IMG/VR virus record: IMGVR_UViG_3300005613_000038
Direction: 5' to 3' (one strand)
From: an uncultured virus (IMG/VR IMGVR_UViG_3300005613_000038)
Taxonomy: Duplodnaviria > Heunggongvirae > Uroviricota > Caudoviricetes
DNA length: 64,000 bases
Shown here: positions 28,754-39,146 of the stretch, one piece after another
How the letters are laid out: every line of letters starts with the position of its first letter
How positions within the stretch are numbered: the first letter of the stretch is position 1
The notes under the pieces: model-generated
What the model was told of the DNA's origin: nothing
Databases searched by the model: none
What the model saw: the letters and a program-made list of their open reading frames with translations, nothing else
Translations under genes and position numbers: made by a program

Positions 28754-31700
28754 TTCTGAAGTTAAAAATAATTTGGAAAAAATGAAATCTTCGGCATTGA
28801 TTTTAGATATAGAAACTTCGGCATTTTTTTCAAATAATCAAGAGATAAACATAAGAACTAACTTTGATGAATACGTTACTCATGCCAAAGTAAAATGGTT
28901 CGGTGCGTATAGCTATAAAGATAACAGAATCTATTTGTTAGATGCTCAGAAAGATGCTCAGAAAGTTTTAGATTTATGCAATTCACACGACATTTTAATT
29001 GGTTTTAATAGTTCGGAATTTGACATACCTATTCTAAAAAATAATGGATATCTTCAAGAAGGTAAATATTATACTGAAGTTGATTGTATGGTCGTGTTAG
29101 GAAAACCAACTGGTAAAACAAAAGATGGTTATCCTTATAAGGATAGAGGTACATTGATGAATTATAAATTTAAAAGAAATTCATTAAAATGTATTGCTGA
29201 AACAATGGGATTAGAAACACAAAAAGGTGATATTGATTATAAACTTTTTCATAAAGATGTATGGACCGCATCAGAAGAACAAGAGATTAAAAAATATTTA
29301 AATAATGATATTATGGCAACAAAACAAATGTTTGATAAACTATGGAATTTTTGGATGCCATTTGCAGAATTTTTAGATGAAAAAAATATATATAATTTAT
29401 CGTGGATTAAAAATTCAATTGCTTCTCTTACATATAAATCTGCTTGTAAAGTATATGATGTGGAACCGACTTATTCAGATAAGAAGACAAAAACTGAAGA
29501 AATGGGTGGTCGAGTTATTGAACCGAAATATGAAGAAATGAGAAATGTTTGGTACATTGACTATACATCATTATATCCACATATATTTTCCATGTTCAAC
29601 CTTTTTTCAGAAGTAGATAAAGATTTATTTCCTGATGCATGGCATGGGAATAAATTATTTAAAGTCAAAGGATATTATGATATTTCAAAATGGAATGTGT
29701 TATGTGAAGAAATTTCGAAAAGATTAAAAGAAAGAATTCATTTAAAGAAAATTGATAAAGATAGCCCGATGATATATACACTTAAAATCTGGCTAAATAG
29801 TTTATACGGTGCAAGTCGATCGTCGGTATTTGAAAAAATACATAGTAAAAATTGTGGTTGGGACTGTTGTCTTTTAGGTCAACAAATTCATGAATTAACC
29901 GAAGATATGATGGAAACATTTGGTTTCGAAACATTATATGGCGATACCGACGGGTTTATGATGAAAGCTAAAGATGAAAAATATAATAATAAAAAATATG
30001 TTAAAGAATGTTTAGCACAAATTATTGATATTATAAAAGATAATGTTCCTTTTCCAGTAGACACATTTAACATTGACATTGAAAATTATATTTATTATAT
30101 CATGTTTCCATTTTCTGAACAACCGATAATTGATGTTGAAACTGGTAAAAAGAAAAAAATAAAAAATAGATTAGTTAAAGAACGTAAGGGGAGAAAAAAG
30201 AATTATTTGTTTTTATATAAAGAAAATGATGAATTAAAAACGAAAATTGTTGGTCTTCCAATTAAAAAAGATAATGCTACACCTTTGGGAATGAAGATAT
30301 TTAATGAAGTATTAGAAAAACAGATTATTGAAAATAAAAGAGCAAAATTTTCTAAAGAACATATTGATAATATTATAAATGAGTATTTAAAGAATAAAGA
30401 GATTATGAAATTGTTAGCTGTTGAATATCGAGTAAAACGATTTGATACATACAAAAAAGAGAGTCAAATACAGGCTCAGATAAGCAAGGGTTACTTTGAT
30501 GGTCGGGAAGGTATAATCAGTCTAATAAAGAATAAAAGTGTCGGTAAAGCAGGCTTAGGCACTAAATACTGTACTATAGAAGAAGCAATATCAAACAATT
30601 TAACAGTAAAAGAACTTGATTTAGATAAAATTTATAATGAATTAGAACCGTTTATTTTACATGAATTTTGGGTCAAGAATACAGAAACCAATGATGAATA
30701 TTTAATAGATAATGATGCTTATGAAGCAAGTAAAGATTTTTTAGAAAAAATAGATAAAATTAAAAAGTTCGATAAAGTATTGAAAACAAAGAAGATAAAG
30801 AAAATAGATGATTCAATCAATCTATCAGATAATTTAGATGAAAAATTAACTATATCAGAATTACAAAAAAAATATAATTTTAATAAAGATGAACATAAAT
30901 TTTCGTATATATGGAAATTAAAAGATGCAATTTTTACTAAAGATAAAGGAAAAGTTTTTTCTTGTTTTGCCTGTGGTGGTGGTTCTACAATGGGATATAA
31001 ATTAGCAGGATATGATGTAATTGGTTGTAATGAAATAGATAAAAAAATGTTTGATGTGTATTGTGAAAATCATCATCCAAAATATGCATATAATGAAGAT
31101 ATACGAATATTTAAAAATCGAAATGATTTACCAGAAGAATTATATAATTTAGATATATTAGATGGTTCGCCACCGTGTTCATCTTTTTCTATTGCTGGTA
31201 ATAGAGAAAAAGATTGGGGTAAAAAGAAAAAATTTCAAGAAGGACAAGAAGAGCAAGTATTAGATACATTATTTTTTGATTTTATAGATTTAGCAAATAA
31301 ACTTCAACCAAAAATGGTTATTGCCGAAAATGTTAAGGGTCTTATGATGGGCAAAGCTAAAGATTATATTCAAAAAATTTATGAAGAATTAGATAAAGCA
31401 GGATATTATACAAAACATTATTTATTAAATTCTAAAAATATGGGTGTGCCACAAAGAAGAGAACGAGTATTTTTTATATCTATTAGAAAAGATTTAAATA
31501 ATAAATTAGAAGAATTAAATTTAAAATTTAATGAAAAAGAAATTCCAATTAAATATTTTATTAAAGGTATTAAAAAAAGAAAAACACAAAATTATTTACC
31601 TAATAGATATGGTGATATAATGTTAGATGTTAATAGACCTTGTAATACAATGGTTTCAATAAATAGATATTGGTTGGATGAAAATACTTTAATCGATGAT

Positions 31701-31856
31701 ATGTCAAAAACATTAATTGGTTCGTTTCCTTTAGATTATAAATTAATACATAAAAATTTACATCGGTTAATAGGAATGAGTGTTCCACCATTGATGATAA
31801 GTCAAATATCTTCAATAGTTTATGACAAAATGTTATCAAAGCTTGACAAACAGTGA
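28746..31856 (+). CDS. family B DNA polymerase fused to a C-terminal C5-cytosine DNA methyltransferase
   Basis: PolB: DIET, FNSSEFD, YLNND, DYTSLYP, KIWLNSLYG, YGDTDG. MTase: FACGGG, NEID, GSPPCSSFS, ENVKG, PQRRERVF, SFP, GMSVPP. One uninterrupted frame. Confidence 0.93.
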   Translation: MLNSEVKNNLEKMKSSALILDIETSAFFSNNQEINIRTNFDEYVTHAKVKWFGAYSYKDNRIYLLDAQKDAQKVLDLCNSHDILIGFNSSEFDIPILKNNGYLQEGKYYTEVDCMVVLGKPTGKTKDGYPYKDRGTLMNYKFKRNSLKCIAETMGLETQKGDIDYKLFHKDVWTASEEQEIKKYLNNDIMATKQMFDKLWNFWMPFAEFLDEKNIYNLSWIKNSIASLTYKSACKVYDVEPTYSDKKTKTEEMGGRVIEPKYEEMRNVWYIDYTSLYPHIFSMFNLFSEVDKDLFPDAWHGNKLFKVKGYYDISKWNVLCEEISKRLKERIHLKKIDKDSPMIYTLKIWLNSLYGASRSSVFEKIHSKNCGWDCCLLGQQIHELTEDMMETFGFETLYGDTDGFMMKAKDEKYNNKKYVKECLAQIIDIIKDNVPFPVDTFNIDIENYIYYIMFPFSEQPIIDVETGKKKKIKNRLVKERKGRKKNYLFLYKENDELKTKIVGLPIKKDNATPLGMKIFNEVLEKQIIENKRAKFSKEHIDNIINEYLKNKEIMKLLAVEYRVKRFDTYKKESQIQAQISKGYFDGREGIISLIKNKSVGKAGLGTKYCTIEEAISNNLTVKELDLDKIYNELEPFILHEFWVKNTETNDEYLIDNDAYEASKDFLEKIDKIKKFDKVLKTKKIKKIDDSINLSDNLDEKLTISELQKKYNFNKDEHKFSYIWKLKDAIFTKDKGKVFSCFACGGGSTMGYKLAGYDVIGCNEIDKKMFDVYCENHHPKYAYNEDIRIFKNRNDLPEELYNLDILDGSPPCSSFSIAGNREKDWGKKKKFQEGQEEQVLDTLFFDFIDLANKLQPKMVIAENVKGLMMGKAKDYIQKIYEELDKAGYYTKHYLLNSKNMGVPQRRERVFFISIRKDLNNKLEELNLKFNEKEIPIKYFIKGIKKRKTQNYLPNRYGDIMLDVNRPCNTMVSINRYWLDENTLIDDMSKTLIGSFPLDYKLIHKNLHRLIGMSVPPLMISQISSIVYDKMLSKLDKQ

Positions 31857-31872
31857 TTTTATGTGTTATACT
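31843..31872 (+). promoter_or_regulatory. sigma70-type promoter with extended -10
   Basis: TTGACAaacagtgattttatgtgtTATACT, 18-nt spacer, overlapping the end of the PolB-MTase ORF. Confidence 0.85.
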
Positions 31873-32871
31873 TAAATAAAGATTAAAAAGGAGTTAATAA
31901 TGTTTTCAGATAAAGAACAAGCAGTATTAGATTTAATTACGACTCAAGAAAAAGTTAGTATTGAACAAATAGAAAAAATATTAAGTAAATCTCATATAGG
32001 TGGGATTGGGAAATTAATACAAGCAAATTTAATCAAGAAAATAAAAATTAGAGAAGGACAAGGATATAACACAAAAACTATGATTTATTATGTTTTAATA
32101 AAAGGAGAAAAATGAAAATGGAAAAGTATGAAAGAATCACTGATGATGCAATTTTTAAAGCTATTGATGATTTAAAAAATGAAGATGAATTAGCTTTATC
32201 AAATGCTTTAAAAACATTATTGCTTGTTACACTTGATAGTAGACAGTTTATGAGGAAAATATATAAAAATATGAATGTAAAATCAAAAGTATATAAAAGA
32301 CCAACAGGAAATAAAAAAGATATTATTATTGGGTAATGAAGATTAGAATTTATAATAATTGGAAAAAGAATAATGCTAAATTTTATTAAGAATCTATTTA
32401 ACAAGAAAAAATATAGATATGGGCATTTTTGTGCTGTAGCGAAAAAAGATAAGAATGGTCAAATTAGATATTTCATATATATAGATGGCAAAAGATGTAA
32501 ACGTGAAGTAACAATATCTGGACGGGGAAAATATGAAATGTAAAATTTTTAAATCAGCTAAAGAAGGGCAATCTTCTTTTCGAGTTACTTCGAAATTAAT
32601 TGCTTCTATATACACGAAAGCTCGAAAAATAAAGAAAAAAGGTGAATTAATTCTTACTATTCCATGTGATGAAAAATATAATTATGTATTAGAATGTAAA
32701 ATAATCAAAGTTAAAAAATGAATATATCTAATGAAGAACAAAAAGAATTACTTCAACTTAAATCTTTATTAAATCATTTATCTTATATGATTAAAGATGA
32801 AGATAGATGGGTTATAGAGAACTTTCATAAATTTTGCAGAAAATATTGTAGTTATCAAATTGGAGGAAAAA

Positions 32872-33501
32872 ATGAAAAAACTGATTAAATTAACAATGTT
32901 AATAATTATGATTATTAGTGTCATGTTTTCATACAATGCAGAAGCATCTGAAAAATACACTAATGCTAACGAATTACAAATTTATATGCGACAAAATTTT
33001 ACATATCAACAAGATTCAGTGGTTGACCCATATTTTGATTATTTTCAATTACCTTGTATATTAGAATTTTCAAAAATGGGGGATTGTGATGACTTCGCTA
33101 CTTATAGTTGGTATTATTTAAATGAAATGGGAATTAAAGCAACAAGATATGTTTTATGGGGAAGAACAAGAAAAAGCGAAAATTACGGTCATGCTATCAC
33201 TGTATTTTTAGACACTGATAATACATATTCCATTTTTTCAAATCAATATGTTTTTAAAACATTGAAAACTGATCCTGTAGAAGCTATTAAAGATTTATAT
33301 AAATCGTGGAAGATTATTTGTGAATGGCACCCCATAAAATACGGATTAGTTATGTATTCTGAATTTAGAAAAGATATAATATATTGTGATAGTAAAGATA
33401 TTAAATCTAGGGCATTATATATAATTAGAAAAACTATTGGAGATACGTATGACTATAAAAAAGAAATGTATAAAAAAGAAGGCGTGTTATTGTCAAGGTA
33501 A
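32872..33501 (+). CDS. secreted transglutaminase-like cysteine protease
   Basis: signal peptide, GDCDDFA, GHA. Confidence 0.75.
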   Translation: MKKLIKLTMLIIMIISVMFSYNAEASEKYTNANELQIYMRQNFTYQQDSVVDPYFDYFQLPCILEFSKMGDCDDFATYSWYYLNEMGIKATRYVLWGRTRKSENYGHAITVFLDTDNTYSIFSNQYVFKTLKTDPVEAIKDLYKSWKIICEWHPIKYGLVMYSEFRKDIIYCDSKDIKSRALYIIRKTIGDTYDYKKEMYKKEGVLLSR

Positions 33502-33606
33502 AAAGAAAAATTGTAGAGCATGTGGTGGAACAAGGGTATATAAAGAATCAATTTATTATTTTATAGATGATGAAAAGAAAATTGCAATAGATGGAGATAC
33601 TTTAAA

Positions 33607-34017
33607 ATGATTGAAAATGTGTTAAAATTAATTGTGTCTGTATTAATTGGTTTTATTCTTGGTAGAGAAAGAAAAAAACATGCTAAAGAAGCTGGTGGCA
33701 GTCGAACATTGGCTATTGTTTCTTTAGCATCATGTTTACTTGCTATATTAACATTAGAAATTCAGAAATTAAATCCGACAGTTCATAATTTTACGAGATT
33801 GCTGGCTTATGGAATTAGCGGAATTTCATTTTTGGGAGCAGGGATAATTTGGAAAAAAAATGGAGAGATTGAAGGACTTACAACAGCTTCAACATTATGG
33901 ATTTTATTACCGATTAATTATTGTATTGGCTTGGGTTTCTGGGTCTATGGTTTTGTTACAACTATTTTAACTTTTATATTATTAGAATCTAAATATTTTC
34001 TAACTCATGAAAAATAA
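33607..34017 (+). CDS. MgtC/SapB family membrane protein
   Basis: G.ER..AG.RT..V; GISFLGAGII; EGLTTASTLW. Confidence 0.9.
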   Translation: MIENVLKLIVSVLIGFILGRERKKHAKEAGGSRTLAIVSLASCLLAILTLEIQKLNPTVHNFTRLLAYGISGISFLGAGIIWKKNGEIEGLTTASTLWILLPINYCIGLGFWVYGFVTTILTFILLESKYFLTHEK

Positions 34018-34663
34018 AATTATTTATTTATATCAAAATAAGAAGTGGTCAGCCAATAAAATTGGCAAATATTATAACTGTAGTCATAAAAAAATTATAA
34101 AAATATTAAAAGAAAATAATATTATTATTCGAAATAGAGCAGAGGCGAATATTTATACAAAAAATATAATCGGCAAAACATTTGGAAGATGGATTGTGTT
34201 GAAATATGACAAAAAATCAAAATATATATGTCAATGTAGATGCGGAGTGAAAAAATCAGTTAGTCGAAACTCTTTAATAAATAAAAAAAGTAAATCGTGT
34301 GGGTGTTGGAATTCAGATAAAGCAAGTCGACAATCTCGTTCTTGGAAATTTTTGAAGAAGAGTTTAAGAAGACCTATTTCATTAGTTTATGAAAGTTATA
34401 AACGACATGCAAAAATTAGAAAACAAGTTTTTTATTTATCAAAAGAAGAATTTGGAACATTAATAATTCAGAAATGTTATTATTGTGGAAAGATAGATAA
34501 GCGAAATTTTAATGGGATAGATAGAGTCGATAATAAAAAAGGATATACATTACAAAATTGCGTTGCATGTTGTAATTATTGTAATCACGCAAAATGGAAT
34601 TTATCAAAAACAATTTTTTTAAATCATATAAATCGAATAGCAAATTTTCAAAGGAGAAAATAA
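34007..34663 (+). CDS. HNH homing endonuclease
   Basis: GKTFGRWIV..CQCRCG..SCGC; CYYCG..NGIDRVDNKKGY..NCVACC..CN..K. Confidence 0.85.
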   Translation: MKNKIIYLYQNKKWSANKIGKYYNCSHKKIIKILKENNIIIRNRAEANIYTKNIIGKTFGRWIVLKYDKKSKYICQCRCGVKKSVSRNSLINKKSKSCGCWNSDKASRQSRSWKFLKKSLRRPISLVYESYKRHAKIRKQVFYLSKEEFGTLIIQKCYYCGKIDKRNFNGIDRVDNKKGYTLQNCVACCNYCNHAKWNLSKTIFLNHINRIANFQRRK

Positions 34664-35697
34664 TGGCTAAATTTTGGACAGATGAAAAAATAGATATTCT
34701 TATTACATATTTAAGAAATGGTGTTTCGTCAAGAGAAATAGCCAAAAAATTAAATACTACTATCGATGCGGTTGGTTCTGCTATTCGAAGATATAATTTA
34801 GCAGAACATGTTGTGGCTAAAAGTGCTACAATTAAATTTCTTCAAAATATTGAACTTGATAATTTAAATGATAAAAATTTCAAAAAATTAAAAAAAGAAG
34901 CAAAATTAAATTGGAAAATTTCAAAATCTAAAATTAAAAAAGATAAAAAGAAAAAATTTGAAATAGCTTTGTTTTTCCCCGATGCTCATATTCCTCATCA
35001 CAATCAATCAGTATGTAAATCAATAATAAAATTAATGAATGATGTTAAATTTGATAAATTTATTATTGGTGGAGATTTTATGGATTTAGGCTGTGTGAGT
35101 CATTGGAATAAAAATAGACATAAAACTTTAGAAATGAAAAGATTAAAATCTGATTATATTATTGGAAATTCTTTATTAGATGAGTTTGATAAAAAATTGC
35201 CCAAAAATTGTGATAAATATTTCTGTAAAGGTAATCATGAAAAATGGGCTGATGATTTATTAGAAGAAATGCCAGCACTCGAAGGTTTAGTCGAACCTGA
35301 ATATATGTTAAAATTAAAAGAAAGAAATTATAAAGTTTCGCAATATAATGAATTAATTAAATTTGGAAGACTTTATGTTACTCATGGTATTTACGCTGGA
35401 GTAAATCCAATTAAAAAACATATTGATGAACTCAAGGTAAATATACTTTTTTTTCATACGCATACATTAGGAATGAGATTATCATCTAGTCCAGCTCGAA
35501 ATATTGCTTTTGCTGGATATAATGCAGGTTGTGCTTGTGATTTAGCTCCTGAATATTTAAAAAATAGACCTAATTCATGGACTCATGGTTTTGCTATTGG
35601 ATATTTTTATCCTAATGGATTTTTTGATGTGCAATTAATTAGGATTATTCAAGGAAAATTCGTTTTTGCGAATAAAGTATATGATGGAAATAAATAA
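34663..35697 (+). CDS. metallophosphoesterase with an N-terminal HTH
   Basis: WTDEKI..REIAKKL HTH; DAH, GDFMD, GNHE, THG, HTH metal ligands. Confidence 0.8.
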   Translation: MAKFWTDEKIDILITYLRNGVSSREIAKKLNTTIDAVGSAIRRYNLAEHVVAKSATIKFLQNIELDNLNDKNFKKLKKEAKLNWKISKSKIKKDKKKKFEIALFFPDAHIPHHNQSVCKSIIKLMNDVKFDKFIIGGDFMDLGCVSHWNKNRHKTLEMKRLKSDYIIGNSLLDEFDKKLPKNCDKYFCKGNHEKWADDLLEEMPALEGLVEPEYMLKLKERNYKVSQYNELIKFGRLYVTHGIYAGVNPIKKHIDELKVNILFFHTHTLGMRLSSSPARNIAFAGYNAGCACDLAPEYLKNRPNSWTHGFAIGYFYPNGFFDVQLIRIIQGKFVFANKVYDGNK

Positions 35698-36089
35698 ATA
35701 TGAAGAAAAGAAAGAAAATAAAAATAGATCAGTTAAATGATAATGATATTAAATTTTGTTATATCTGTAATAAAAAAATCAAAACATTTGATTATTATTC
35801 TATTGGAAAAGATAAAAACGGAATTCAATTATATAGGCATAGAAAATGTAAACCAACTAGAGGAATAACACGAAAGATTAAAAAATGAAAATTTATTTAG
35901 ATAATGAATTATCAGATTTTCGAAAAGTAGTTTGTATTAAAAGTTCTTATAGTGAAATTATATATGATGATATTGATGTAATAATAGATGCATTAAAAGC
36001 TTATGGATATACAGATGAAGCTATACAAGAAGGATTTTTAAAAAAATGTCTTGATTGGGAATTGATAAATAGAGAATCAGAGGATGACG

Positions 36090-36278
36090 ATGCCAACATA
36101 TAACTTTTCTTGTGAAAATTGTGGATATAAACAACAAAAATTAGTTTCAATTTTATATTCAAAAAAATCTAAATGTCCTAAATGTCAAAAATATTCATTG
36201 ATTAGATTAATAGGAAAAGGTTGTGGATTTAAATTAAATGGTAAAGATTTTTATAAAAAAGGATGGAATATAAAATGA
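36090..36278 (+). CDS. FmdB-like zinc-ribbon protein
   Basis: MPTY.F.CENCG..CPKC..L.RLI..GF.L.G..FY. Confidence 0.8.
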   Translation: MPTYNFSCENCGYKQQKLVSILYSKKSKCPKCQKYSLIRLIGKGCGFKLNGKDFYKKGWNIK

Positions 36279-36484
36279 TTGAAATTAAACCAAAAGATAA
36301 TTCAGATGAAGCTTTTACAAAAGCATTAAGTGTTTTTAAAAAAGTGTGTAATAAGGATGGTTTTTTAAAAGAAATAAGAGATAGACGTTATTACAAAAAA
36401 CCAGGTGAGAAAAAAAGAGAAAGTATTAGAAAAGCAAAACGAGAACAACTAAAACATAATAAAAAAGAAAATAAATTATATTAA
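36275..36484 (+). CDS. rpsU: ribosomal protein bS21
   Basis: F.KAL..FKK.C.K.G..KE...RRYY.KP...KR signature. Confidence 0.85.
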   Translation: MIEIKPKDNSDEAFTKALSVFKKVCNKDGFLKEIRDRRYYKKPGEKKRESIRKAKREQLKHNKKENKLY

Positions 36485-36485
36485 T

Positions 36486-37598
36486 ATGAAAATTAAATCT
36501 ATAACTTTAATTAACTGGCAAAAACACACTAATCTTTATTTAGATTTTAATGATGATTTAAATATCATTAGTGGTAAGTCGGAAGCTGGCAAAAGTTGTA
36601 TTCGTAGGGCTTTATCATGGATTCTTTTTAATGCTAATATTTCTGAGAAGAGTTATCGAAGAGAAGGAACAAATGAAACATCTGTAAAAGTTGTTTTAGA
36701 TAATGATTTTGAAATTGAAAGAATTCGTTCTAATTCAATCAATCGTTATATTCTTAGACACAAAGATTTTGAAGATAAAATATTTGATTCATTTGGCAAA
36801 ACAATACCAGAAGAAATTCAGCAAGTAATAAATGTATCAGAAATTGAAGCAGATAATGATAAAATAAATTTAAATATATCAGAACAAATTACTCTTCCTT
36901 TCCTTTTAGATAAATCAGCTACCTTTCGTTCTAAACTATTTAATAAATTAACAGGTAATGAAATATTGGATAAATTATTTAAACAATTAAATAAAGAACA
37001 TTTAAAATTCAAAAGAAAAATAAGCGATACTGAAGAAAATTTAGTTAAACAAGAAGAACAATTAAGTGATTATTCTACTCAATATAAAAAATTAAAAAAG
37101 AAGTTGAATTTAGTTAAAACTAAATACGAAGACATATTAGAAAATGTTAAAATTTATGAGCATTTAAAAGATTTAAGTGATAAAATAAAAATAAATAAAG
37201 AAAATCAAGAATTTATAAAATTTAAGAAAGCTCAAATTAAAACTGTTAGTGAAGATAAATTAAACGAATTAAAATTACAAGCAGAAGAATTAAACAAAAT
37301 GCAAGAATTATTCAATAAATTAGAAGTAATAAATAATAATATTAAAACAATGCAAATTAAAAAACAACTTGTAAAAAGTGTAAAATTTGATTCAAAAGAA
37401 CTTGTTAATAATGCTGAAAGGCTTCAAAGATTAAAACAATTAAATGAACAGTTGCTTCTTAATATTAAAAAGTGTCAAACAATTGCTTTAGATAAAAAAG
37501 TAATATCAGATAAATTAAAAGAGAATGAAAAACAACTTGCAGAAATTTGGAAAGAACAAAAAGTGTGTCCGTTATGCAAACAGGAGATTAATAAATGA
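36486..37598 (+). CDS. SbcC/Rad50/gp46-like ATPase, N-terminal half
   Basis: NWQKH, Walker A GKSEAGKS, Q-loop, coiled coil, terminal CPLC hook. Confidence 0.85.
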   Translation: MKIKSITLINWQKHTNLYLDFNDDLNIISGKSEAGKSCIRRALSWILFNANISEKSYRREGTNETSVKVVLDNDFEIERIRSNSINRYILRHKDFEDKIFDSFGKTIPEEIQQVINVSEIEADNDKINLNISEQITLPFLLDKSATFRSKLFNKLTGNEILDKLFKQLNKEHLKFKRKISDTEENLVKQEEQLSDYSTQYKKLKKKLNLVKTKYEDILENVKIYEHLKDLSDKIKINKENQEFIKFKKAQIKTVSEDKLNELKLQAEELNKMQELFNKLEVINNNIKTMQIKKQLVKSVKFDSKELVNNAERLQRLKQLNEQLLLNIKKCQTIALDKKVISDKLKENEKQLAEIWKEQKVCPLCKQEINK

Positions 37599-37798
37599 GA
37601 GCTATTGTTAAAACTATAACTTATCTTTTTATTGATATGTTCATTCACGCAAGTATTGTTTATTTTGCTGGTAAAATATTGGGTTATAGCATATCTGCTT
37701 CTGAAGCAGGTGGAATTGGTATCATAATTGAAATAATAGAAACAATAGCTTATTATATTCATGAAAGAATTTGGGAATTCAATTCTTGGTTAAAATAA
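37595..37798 (+). CDS. DUF2061-like small membrane protein
   Basis: R..VKTITY..YY.HERIW. Confidence 0.7.
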   Translation: MRAIVKTITYLFIDMFIHASIVYFAGKILGYSISASEAGGIGIIIEIIETIAYYIHERIWEFNSWLK

Positions 37799-38216
37799 AA
37801 AAAAAGAAGAAAAATGAATGAATATTTAACCTTAAATTTATTAGATGATATAAGCAAAGATTTAGCCAAATATTTCCCTTATTCAGCAGAAATTATATTT
37901 ATAGAATTAAAACGCTATAAATCAGTTGATATTGTTTTGAGAGGATTTATTTTAGCTTTAGAACAAAATATTAGTTTAATCGATGCCTGTTATCGGGAAA
38001 GTTTACTAAAATGAAAATATTTAAATGTAATTCTAAAATTTATTGTGCAAAATGTTATTTCGATATTTTAACTGATACAGAATATCAACAATTACTTATT
38101 TCTTTTACTAAAGTTGCAGATGTTGATAATGATTATAAATGTGATAATTGTAATAGATTAGTTTCATCAAAAGAATCTTTAAACGCATTCAAAAAAATAG
38201 TGGAAATAATGAAATT

Positions 38217-39146
38217 ATGAAATTTCTTTACTGTAGTGATTTACATGGAAAACTAAAAAATCCAATCTCAAGATTAGATAATTATTCTGAATCTTGGTTG
38301 AAAAAGATTCGAGAAATTCAACAATTAGCGATTTATAATGAATGTGATTGTATAATCGTCAATGGAGATATTTTTGATACTCCACATATTAGCAATGTAT
38401 TAATTGATGATTTTCTTGATATTATTGAAAATCAACATACAGACCAAAAAATCTATTGGAAAATTGTTGTTGGAAATCATGATTTAATTGGAGCAAATTG
38501 GAAAAATTCGAATTCTAGTGCTTTGGCTCATATTTTTAGAAGAAGTAAACTTGTAGAGAAATTAGATACAATTGAAACATCAGATTGTTTTATTAAAGGA
38601 TATGATTATTATTATGGAATAGAAGAAGATTTAAAAAAAGATGGATTAATGCACTCTTATGAAGATAAGTTTACTATAGCTGTTCCTCATGCGTTTATTA
38701 GCATTAAACCATTCTTCAAAGAAGTATCTCATGTTTGTGCTAAAGATTTAAAGACTAATTTTGATTTAATGTTATGCTCACATTTTCATATGACCTTTGA
38801 TGAAACAATCAATGAAACAAGATTTTTAAACACGAATTCTATTGGTCGAACATCTATTACAGAACAGCATAAACCACAAATTGCTATATTTGATACTGCT
38901 AAAGATATAGTAAAAATTAATCTAAATTCAGCCAAAAAGGCAAATGATATATTCGATTTAACTAAATATGAAGAATTAAAAGCTAACAAAAAAGATATTA
39001 AAGAATTTTTAAATAGTTTAAAAGATGTCAACTTTCAATCCATGTCTGTAGCACAACAAGTTGTTAAAATAGGCAAAGAACAAAATGTAGATAAAAATAT
39101 TGTAGATTATTTATTGCAAAAAATAGAGGAAACTAAAGATGAATAA
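38217..39146 (+). CDS. SbcD/Mre11/gp47-like nuclease
   Basis: SDLH, GDIFD, GNHD, H, SHFH motifs. Confidence 0.88.
   Translation: MKFLYCSDLHGKLKNPISRLDNYSESWLKKIREIQQLAIYNECDCIIVNGDIFDTPHISNVLIDDFLDIIENQHTDQKIYWKIVVGNHDLIGANWKNSNSSALAHIFRRSKLVEKLDTIETSDCFIKGYDYYYGIEEDLKKDGLMHSYEDKFTIAVPHAFISIKPFFKEVSHVCAKDLKTNFDLMLCSHFHMTFDETINETRFLNTNSIGRTSITEQHKPQIAIFDTAKDIVKINLNSAKKANDIFDLTKYEELKANKKDIKEFLNSLKDVNFQSMSVAQQVVKIGKEQNVDKNIVDYLLQKIEETKDE

Noticed and set aside
30657..31856. C-terminal extension of PolB as an intein or homing endonuclease
   Set aside because: No intein splice motifs or LAGLIDADG/HNH motifs; it carries ordered C5-MTase motifs instead
19238..31856. Archaeal virus origin, suggested by PolB, Prim-Pol, the Hjc-like nuclease and the histone-like gene
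   Set aside because: Sigma70 promoters, bS21, ClpP, RecA, RuvB and a peptidoglycan hydrolase point to a bacterial host
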